Sequence record: DRR723986_5222
Length of the DNA: 42,089 bases
Direction: 5' to 3' (one strand)
Position 1 is the stretch's first letter; each line of letters starts with the position of its first letter. The notes beneath the pieces are model-generated. The model had not been told where the DNA came from. It did not search any database and saw nothing but the letters and a program-made list of their open reading frames with translations. Below, piece after piece: positions 35,546-42,089 of the stretch. The position numbers were made by a program, and so were the translations under genes.

Positions 35546-37057
35546 ATGGAGTTCATCTACTACTTCGGCGACGTATTCTCGCCCCTCTCTTTTATGCTGC
35601 TGTTGGGCGGCACAATCGGAGGTCTGATCCTTGGGGCAACGCCCGGCCTATCGCCGACGATGGCTGTGGCCCTGCTTATCCCGTTCACCTTTCAACTTGA
35701 GGCGGCGCAGGGTCTGATCCTGTTGGGGGCTGCCTATACCTCGACTGTGGCGGGGGGCGCTGTCAGCGCGATCCTGCTGAAAATCCCGGGCGCACCGGCA
35801 AACATCGCGACCACGCTTGATGGGCATACGATGGCAAAGAAAGGGCAGGGGGCAAAGGCATTGCAACTGTCGTTCCTAGCCTCTGCTGTTGGCGGCGTTT
35901 TTGGGGTGCTGCTGCTGATCTTTCTGACGCCGGTTCTGTCAGACTGGGCGCTGGCCTTTGGTCCAAGTCATCTGTTCTGGCTCGCCATTCTGGGCGTCAC
36001 GGTGATTGGTTCGTTGGATTCCGCATCGGTGGTTAAGGGGTTGCTATCGGGCTGCATCGGCCTGTGGCTGGCAACCATCGGCTTTGATGACATCATGGGC
36101 GCACAGCGGTTTATCTTCCATCCATCCTTGGGCGGCGGGATCAACATTATCGCGGCACTGATTGGTCTGTTTGCGATCCCACAGGTTCTGACTATGTTTG
36201 CCAAAGGCCGTAAGGTTGACGGCGCTGAAGTGATCGAGGTGCAAAAGCATTCGGTTCTTGCGGCAACACGTGAATTGATCCGCTGGCCCCGCGCGCTGAC
36301 CATCGGCACGATCACAGGCTCTGTTATTGGTCTGATCCCTGGTGTTGGAGGGCAGATCGCCGGGCTGGTGGCCTATGATCAATCCAAGAAATTTAGCCCC
36401 GAGAAAGACAAGTTTGGTACAGGTCACCCCGAAGGTGTGATTGCCGCTGAATCCGCGAACAACGCCATGGTTGGCCCGTCTCTGGTTCCGTTGCTGACAC
36501 TCTCGATCCCCGGCAGCCCCACAGCTGCGGTATTGTTGGGCGGCTTGCTGATCCACGGGATTTTCCCGGGCACGGATTTGTTTGACAATCACCCCGACGT
36601 GGCGTGGACGTTCATTAACTCGATGCTGATTGGCCAGATCCTGATGTGCATCTTTGGCCTGTATGTTGCTGGTCTTGCGGCGCGAGTTGCTCAGGTGCCT
36701 CAGTCGGTCATGGCCGCGGTGGTTCTGTCGCTGTCCGTCTTTGGCGCCTATTCGGTGCAAAGCTCGATGGGCGATGTCTATGTGATGGCCTGTTTGGGTC
36801 TGGGAATGTTCTTTCTGGAGCGTTTCGGGTTTTCAGCCGCTCCGCTGGTGCTTGGTCTGATCCTTGGGCCGATTGCCGAGGCGAACTTTACCCAAGGGTC
36901 GATGATCGCAAACGCCACTGTTGGCCAAGCCAGCTATTTCTTTTCCGGGCCGCTGAACCTGTTCCTGATCTTCGTAGTGGTTGCCTCAATCGCCTATTCA
37001 ATCTGGATGGAACTTCGGTCGCGTCGCACCACCACCAAAGAGGAGGCCCTGGCATGA
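35546..37057 (+). CDS. tctA: Tripartite tricarboxylate transporter large permease (TctA family)
   Basis: Motifs GATPGLSPT, ILLKIPGAP..IATTLDG, AAESANNA, LTLSIPGS and APLVLGLILGP. Start at ATG 35546, downstream of GGGAGG. Confidence 0.92.
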   Translation: MEFIYYFGDVFSPLSFMLLLGGTIGGLILGATPGLSPTMAVALLIPFTFQLEAAQGLILLGAAYTSTVAGGAVSAILLKIPGAPANIATTLDGHTMAKKGQGAKALQLSFLASAVGGVFGVLLLIFLTPVLSDWALAFGPSHLFWLAILGVTVIGSLDSASVVKGLLSGCIGLWLATIGFDDIMGAQRFIFHPSLGGGINIIAALIGLFAIPQVLTMFAKGRKVDGAEVIEVQKHSVLAATRELIRWPRALTIGTITGSVIGLIPGVGGQIAGLVAYDQSKKFSPEKDKFGTGHPEGVIAAESANNAMVGPSLVPLLTLSIPGSPTAAVLLGGLLIHGIFPGTDLFDNHPDVAWTFINSMLIGQILMCIFGLYVAGLAARVAQVPQSVMAAVVLSLSVFGAYSVQSSMGDVYVMACLGLGMFFLERFGFSAAPLVLGLILGPIAEANFTQGSMIANATVGQASYFFSGPLNLFLIFVVVASIAYSIWMELRSRRTTTKEEALA

Positions 37058-37509
37058 GCCGTACACAACATATCATTCCATCGGGCATTGTTTTTCTGGT
37101 CGGGTGCTGGGTCGCCTGGATCAGTTTCACCCAACAACCGGTTGAGGCCTTTTTGTTCCCACGCATGATCTCGATGGTCTTTGTGGCGTTGGCAGGCTGG
37201 ACCTTTGCCAAGGCCTTGCTGGGGAAATCCAAAGTGGGCCTGGGACTGTCGCGGACAATGGTGATCAATCTGGCACCCGGCCTGCTGGTCATGCTTGTTT
37301 ACATCTTTTGGGCGGCCAAAGGGTTGGGGTTTTACACCGCCACTGCTGGCGCCTTTTTCATCCTGCTGTCGCTTTATGACCCGGCGCCACACTCGGACAT
37401 AAAAGTATGGGTCAAACGCGGGATCATTACCGCGGTGTTTGTGGCCGTGATGTACGGGCTCTTTGCCCAGCTGCTGAGCGTCTACACACCCCGAGAAGTC
37501 CTGTTCTGA
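37054..37509 (+). CDS. tctB: Tripartite tricarboxylate transporter small subunit (TctB family)
   Basis: ATGA overlap with tctA, GAGGAGG RBS, 4-5 TM segments, and FPR / LGFY / LFAQLLSVYTP patterns. Confidence 0.82.
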   Translation: MSRTQHIIPSGIVFLVGCWVAWISFTQQPVEAFLFPRMISMVFVALAGWTFAKALLGKSKVGLGLSRTMVINLAPGLLVMLVYIFWAAKGLGFYTATAGAFFILLSLYDPAPHSDIKVWVKRGIITAVFVAVMYGLFAQLLSVYTPREVLF

Positions 37510-37552
37510 ACCACTGATCACTGGTGGACGCACATCCAAGGGAGGAAACGCG

Positions 37553-38515
37553 ATGAAGAAACTACTACTGAGTGCCGCACTGGCGGTAACTGCACTGTCT
37601 GGGGGCGCTGCCTTGGCAGAAGATTACCCAGAACGCCCCGTCATGATGATGGTGTCGTATGGCGCGGGTGGGGCCACGGATTTCCAAGCCCGGATCGTGA
37701 CGATGACGGCTGGCAACGAAGATGCGTTGGGCATGCCCATCGCGATCATCAACAAGCCCGGCGCGGGTGGCCGCGTGGGCTGGAACTGGCTGGCGACACA
37801 GGCAGATGCGGATGGCTATACGTTGGGGGCCTACAACGTGCCTCACTTTATCGCGCAGTCGATCAAAGGTGGCGTACAGTATTCCACCGACAGCTTTGAG
37901 CCCATCGCAAACTGGGGCGCGGACCCTGCGGTTTTCGTGGTTAAGGCAGACAGCGAATTCCAGTCGATGGATGACGTCGTGGCCTTTGCCAAGGAAAACC
38001 CTGGCAAGTTGACGTTCTCGGGTGCGGGTCTGTTTGTGGGGCACCACATCGCTGCGTTGCAGATTGAAAAAGCTGCGGGCGTAAAGATGGCTTATATCCC
38101 CACCAAAGGTGGCGGTGCTGCAGCGATGAAATCGGTTATCGCGGGAGAAGTTTTGGGCGGCGTAAACAACCTGTCTGATGCGTTCCGCGCTCAGGCGGCG
38201 GGCAACGTACGCATTCTGGGTGTAGCAGATCTGGAGCGCAGCGAATTCCTGCCAGACGTGCCCACGATGAAGGAGCAGGGGCTCGACGTTGACAATGCTT
38301 CGGTCAACTTTCGTGGTGTGATGGTGCCTAAGGGCACCCCGCAAGAGGTCATCGACCGCTTGGCTGTGACTGTCCCGGAAATGTTCAAAAACGGCCGGGT
38401 GTCCAAAAAGATGAAAGCTGGCGGATCGCCTATGCACATCATGACACGTGACGAAGTGATCGAGATGTGGGCCGCGCGCGAAGCAACTTTGAAAGAGCTG
38501 CTTGCAGGGCTCTGA
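37553..38515 (+). CDS. tctC: Tripartite tricarboxylate transporter substrate-binding protein (TctC/Bug family)
   Basis: Signal peptide. Motifs YPERPV..VSYGAGGATD, NKPGAGG, DGYTL, PDVPTMKEQG and PKGTP. Confidence 0.93.
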   Translation: MKKLLLSAALAVTALSGGAALAEDYPERPVMMMVSYGAGGATDFQARIVTMTAGNEDALGMPIAIINKPGAGGRVGWNWLATQADADGYTLGAYNVPHFIAQSIKGGVQYSTDSFEPIANWGADPAVFVVKADSEFQSMDDVVAFAKENPGKLTFSGAGLFVGHHIAALQIEKAAGVKMAYIPTKGGGAAAMKSVIAGEVLGGVNNLSDAFRAQAAGNVRILGVADLERSEFLPDVPTMKEQGLDVDNASVNFRGVMVPKGTPQEVIDRLAVTVPEMFKNGRVSKKMKAGGSPMHIMTRDEVIEMWAAREATLKELLAGL

Positions 38516-38528
38516 TTTTACCGACGCA

Positions 38529-38556
38529 CAGGGGGGCGGGATCAGCCCGCCCTCTG
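38529..38556 (+). other. Intercistronic stem-loop after tctC
   Basis: GGGCGGG-atcag-CCCGCCC core stem, extended by CAG/CTG. Confidence 0.55.
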
Positions 38557-38576
38557 ACAACCAATCGAGGATCAAG

Positions 38577-39986
38577 ATGAACGCTCAGGATGAGTCCGCT
38601 CAAGTGGACCAGATCATTGCACGCGCGCGTGCAGCCCAGAAAGCTTACGAAGCCAAGGGCAGTCAGGCGCTTTATGACAAGGCCGCTTTGGCGGTGGGCT
38701 GGGCCATCATGCAGCCCGAGCGCAACCGCACATTGGCCGAGCTGGCGGTGAAAACCACCGGGCTGGGCAACGTGCCGGACAAGATTACCAAGAACCACCG
38801 CAAGACGCTGGGATTGCTGCGCGATATTGCGGATGCAAAGACCCACGGTGTTGTGCGGGACGATCCAGAGAATGGGATCACTGAAATTGCGCGCCCATTG
38901 GGTGTGGTGGGGGCGGTCGTGCCGTCAACCAACCCGGCGGCGACGCCTGCAAATAACATCATCAATGCGGTGAAGGGTGGCAATGCCATCGTTGTGGCCC
39001 CGTCGCCCAAGGGGGTTGCCTCGTGCGAGGTGCTGTTGTCCTACATTCACGCGGAATTCGACAAGCTGGGGCTGGATCGCGATTTGGTGCAGATGCTGCC
39101 ATCGCCCGGTTCCAAGGCCAAGACACAGCGCCTGATGGAAACCTGTAACCGGGTGATCTGCACCGGCAGTCAGAACAACGTGCATCGCGCGCAGAGCTGT
39201 GGCACCCCGGCAGTGGCTGTGGGTGCGGGCAATGTCACAGTGATCGTGGATGAAACCGCTGATCTGGCGGCAGCAGCGGCGAAAATCACCGCGTCTAAGA
39301 CATTTGATAACGCCACATCCTGTTCGTCGGAAAATGCGTTGGTTGTGGTTGATGCGATCTATGATGATTTTCTGGCGGCCATGGCAGCCGAAGGTGGCGC
39401 ACTGGTGCCAGCCGATCAGGCCCACATCATCATTGAACGGTTGTGGCCCGACGGCCATCTGAACCGCGAAGTGATAGCACAGGACGCCGACAAGATGCTG
39501 GCGGCGCTTGGCATGGCTGATCAGGTGCCAGAAGATACGAAATTCCTAGCCGTGGAAACGGATGGGATCGGCGCAGAGCATCCCCTTTCGGGGGAAAAGC
39601 TGAGCCGCGTTGTGGCGCTCTACCGGGCGCGGGATTACGAGGATGCGGCGGCCACGGCGGCGCGTATTCTGAATTACCAAGGAGCAGGGCACTCTATCGG
39701 CCTTCATTCGGCTCGCGACGATCGGGCGCTCGAACTGGGTCGCAGTATCCCGACTTGTCGGGTTATTGTGAATCAGGCCCATTGTTTCGCAACCGGTGGA
39801 GCGTTCAACAACGGCATGCCGTTTTCCCTGTCGATGGGATGTGGCAGCTGGGGTGGCAACGCAATTGATGACAACCTGAACTGGAAACATTTCGTCCAGA
39901 CCACCAAGGTGATCCGCGAAATTCCCCCTCGTGAACCAGCTGTCGAAGACATCTTTGGCGGATACTGGAGCGAGGTTGGCCAATGA
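38577..39986 (+). CDS. sauS: Acylating sulfoacetaldehyde dehydrogenase
   Basis: CoA-acylating ALDH motifs VPSTNP, GAGN and SKTFDNATSCSSEN. KITKNHRKTLGLLRD and NGMPFSLSMGCGSWG match SauS as I recall it. Coupled to an acyl-CoA ligase. Start at ATG 38577, downstream of GAGGA. Confidence 0.82.
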   Translation: MNAQDESAQVDQIIARARAAQKAYEAKGSQALYDKAALAVGWAIMQPERNRTLAELAVKTTGLGNVPDKITKNHRKTLGLLRDIADAKTHGVVRDDPENGITEIARPLGVVGAVVPSTNPAATPANNIINAVKGGNAIVVAPSPKGVASCEVLLSYIHAEFDKLGLDRDLVQMLPSPGSKAKTQRLMETCNRVICTGSQNNVHRAQSCGTPAVAVGAGNVTVIVDETADLAAAAAKITASKTFDNATSCSSENALVVVDAIYDDFLAAMAAEGGALVPADQAHIIIERLWPDGHLNREVIAQDADKMLAALGMADQVPEDTKFLAVETDGIGAEHPLSGEKLSRVVALYRARDYEDAAATAARILNYQGAGHSIGLHSARDDRALELGRSIPTCRVIVNQAHCFATGGAFNNGMPFSLSMGCGSWGGNAIDDNLNWKHFVQTTKVIREIPPREPAVEDIFGGYWSEVGQ

Positions 39987-41476
39987 CCATGACCCCACCT
40001 AAAGGAACGGTGCGTGATTGGGTCGATATGCGCGCAGAACAGGGCGGCACCGCGTTTGTGTTTCCGGATCTGGATGTGCGTATTTCGTGGGAACAATTGC
40101 GCGATACCGCCTGCAACATCGCATCCTACCTGACGGATCAGGGCATTGCCAAAGGCGAAAGCATTGCGATCCTTCACCCCAATGGCCCCGAAGGTGTTCT
40201 GAGCTTGTTTGGTACGCTTTATGGCGGCTTTCGGGCGACGATGATCAACCTTGTGGCCGGAACCAGCGCGGTGTCTTACGCGTTGGAACACAGTGATGCG
40301 CGCTATGCGTTTGTTCACGATACACAGCGCGCGCTGTTCACCGAATCCGCAGATACTTCCCGGATCTCCCCTCTGGATTATCCAGCGGCAACTGGTGGTT
40401 CATCAGCAGAGCTTCATGACCTCTCTGCTGATGACCACGCTTTGTTGATGTACACCTCGGGGACCACAGGCCGTCCAAAAGGCGTCGTTCATACGCATTC
40501 CAGCCTTCTTGCGGGCGGCTGGACCACGTCCATTGCGCATGAATTGACGGATCAAGATCGCGGTCTGTGTGTTCTCCCGATTTATCACATCAACGGGTTG
40601 TGCGTGACGGTGATGGGAACGCTGATTTCGGGTGGGTCGTTGGCGATGTGTCCAAAATTTTCAGCTAGCCGGTTTTGGGACAATGCCGCCAAATCCGAGG
40701 CAACCTGGTTCTCTGTCGTGCCGACGATCATCTCGCATATGCTGCATTCCGAGCAAAACCCGGATGTGGCGACGCGAGCGCGAATCCGCTTTGGCCGGTC
40801 TGCCTCGTCTGCGTTGTCGCCAGATGTGCAGCGCGCTTTTGAAAAGCGGTTCGAAATTCCGATTGTAGAGACCATGGGGTTGACCGAAACAGCGGCGCAG
40901 ATCTTGTCTAATCCCTTGCCCCCCGGCGTTCGCAAGATCGGCTCGCCCGGTATCGGCTATGGCAACGAGGTGGCGATTTTCGACACAGCACAGCAGCCGG
41001 TTGCGGCTGGGGGCGAGGGCGAATTGGTGATCCGTGGCCCCAATGTGATGTTGGAGTATCTGAAGAACCCCGAGGCAACGACAGGCACATTTGCCCCCGG
41101 CGGGTGGCTGCGGACCGGTGATTTGGGGCGGATGGACGACGACGGTTATGTCTTTGTCACAGGACGCCTGAAAGAGCTGATCATCAAGGGCGGGGAAAAC
41201 ATAGCCCCGCGGGAAATCGACGAGGCGCTGTATTCGCACCCCGAAGTGGTCGAGGCGGCAGCCTTTGCTCGGCCCTGTCAGCAATATGGTGAACGGGTCG
41301 AGGCGGCAGTGCGCATTGGCGATGGGTCAAACGTGACTGAAGAACAGTTGCTGGAAATCTGCGTGTCGTTGCTGGGCAAATTCAAAAGCCCGGACCGGGT
41401 GCATTTTCTGGATGACCTGCCCAAGGGCCCATCGGGCAAGGTGCAGCGGCTGAAGCTGCTGGATATGACCAGCTGA
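39983..41476 (+). CDS. sauT: Acyl-CoA ligase, probable sulfoacetate-CoA ligase
   Basis: AMP-binding motif YTSGTTGRPKG, plus GLTE, TGDLG, KELIIKGGENI and PKGPSGK. ATGA overlap with sauS. Confidence 0.78.
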   Translation: MTMTPPKGTVRDWVDMRAEQGGTAFVFPDLDVRISWEQLRDTACNIASYLTDQGIAKGESIAILHPNGPEGVLSLFGTLYGGFRATMINLVAGTSAVSYALEHSDARYAFVHDTQRALFTESADTSRISPLDYPAATGGSSAELHDLSADDHALLMYTSGTTGRPKGVVHTHSSLLAGGWTTSIAHELTDQDRGLCVLPIYHINGLCVTVMGTLISGGSLAMCPKFSASRFWDNAAKSEATWFSVVPTIISHMLHSEQNPDVATRARIRFGRSASSALSPDVQRAFEKRFEIPIVETMGLTETAAQILSNPLPPGVRKIGSPGIGYGNEVAIFDTAQQPVAAGGEGELVIRGPNVMLEYLKNPEATTGTFAPGGWLRTGDLGRMDDDGYVFVTGRLKELIIKGGENIAPREIDEALYSHPEVVEAAAFARPCQQYGERVEAAVRIGDGSNVTEEQLLEICVSLLGKFKSPDRVHFLDDLPKGPSGKVQRLKLLDMTS

Positions 41477-41481
41477 TTTGT

Positions 41482-41511
41482 AAATGCCCGGTTTTAAATG
41501 CCGGGCACTTT
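41482..41511. terminator. Hairpin between convergent genes
   Basis: AAA-TGCCCGG-ttttaaatg-CCGGGCA-cTTT. Confidence 0.6.
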
Positions 41512-41514
41512 CCA

Positions 41515-42089
41515 CTAATCGGTTTTCACGATGCCCTGCGCGACCCATTGGTCGAATAGCGCCAGCACCGCGTTGCAGAATTCCGGATCGTTGATGTGGG
41601 CGTCGACCTCGGTCATTGGCGCAGCGGCTGGCATCACTTTGCGAGCCTCGTCGATCAAGGCGGCCAACCCGTCGGGATCATGGGTTTCGCCACCTTCCCG
41701 ATCCCAATCTTCGACCCCGCCTAGGGGCAGGATGAAATGGGTTTCGCCCTTGGCAGCGCTTAGCCGGTTGGCCATTTCACGCACCCATGCCCGGCGTTCG
41801 TCTTCGTTAAAGACCGAGCTTTTGATTAGGCGGTTATGTTCGTGAAACGGACGGTCGGCATATTGGTCGGGGATGGTCTGCCAGCCGGCGAAATCCAACA
41901 GATCCAGCGCACCAGGGGCCACGATTTGCGGTGTCCCGACCCGACCGGCATTGGTCAGGCGATCCTCACCGCTGCTGACCAGAGACCCAGCCATCAGATT
42001 GCCGAATTCCTGCATTGAGAAGTCCATGACGCAGGCAAACGCACCTTCGCCTGCCAGTTTTTCAAAAGCCATGCCGCCCATGCCGGTGG
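41515..42089 (-). CDS. Tm-1-like ATP-binding domain (UPF0261) protein, C-terminal part; N-terminus outside the window
   Basis: Motifs (TG)MGG.AFE.L, DRL..AG..G.PQIVAPGA.D..DF, HEHN, LPLGGV..WD and DAHINDPEF. The frame stays open to the window end. Confidence 0.8.
   Translation of the reverse strand, partial: TGMGGMAFEKLAGEGAFACVMDFSMQEFGNLMAGSLVSSGEDRLTNAGRVGTPQIVAPGALDLLDFAGWQTIPDQYADRPFHEHNRLIKSSVFNEDERRAWVREMANRLSAAKGETHFILPLGGVEDWDREGGETHDPDGLAALIDEARKVMPAAAPMTEVDAHINDPEFCNAVLALFDQWVAQGIVKTD

Noticed and set aside
36646-37053. 5' extension of the tctB ORF, giving 287 aa
   Set aside because: It overlaps tctA out of frame. The likely start is the ATGA overlap at 37054 with a GAGGAGG RBS.
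37565-38575. Long antisense ORFs (for example 37565-38575, 9043-9972, 21840-22631, 27153-27941, 11167-11880)
   Set aside because: These are shadow ORFs opposite well-supported genes in GC-rich DNA, with no recognisable motifs.
38577-39986. AdhE or EutE acetaldehyde dehydrogenase
   Set aside because: There is no alcohol dehydrogenase domain and no eut genes. The coupling to an acyl-CoA ligase fits SauS.

Overview
The window looks like alphaproteobacterial DNA, most likely from the Roseobacter group (inferred from gene families and from the replicon type). It contains a complete plasmid/chromid replication module at about 30.1-34.4 kb: parB-parA divergent from a Rep_3-type initiator, five iteron-like repeats at an exact 22-bp period, an AT-rich segment and four 15-bp GTTTCG-N3-CGAAAC parS-like palindromes. 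The window begins with the 3' end of a tRNA-fMet-like gene followed by an AT-rich orphan ORF. The rest is a set of catabolic cassettes. (i) A TRAP transporter with an RpiR regulator and a carbon-nitrogen hydrolase. (ii) Two FAD oxidoreductases. (iii) A module with two paralogous DeoR regulators, a family-5 ABC importer, a phosphonate-monoester-hydrolase-like phosphodiesterase, an IMPase-family phosphatase, a Na/Pi transporter and an EamA exporter. Its layout parallels the agrocinopine (acc) sugar-phosphodiester system and it is the best candidate here for an undescribed pathway. (iv) A trigonelline (tgn)-like operon with a GntR regulator. (v) nnrS with an FNR/NnrR-type box. (vi) A LacI + TTT + sauST sulfoacetate-type cluster. 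(vii) A Tm-1-like protein cut by the window end. All calls rest on motif recognition and recalled family knowledge; no database searches were run.
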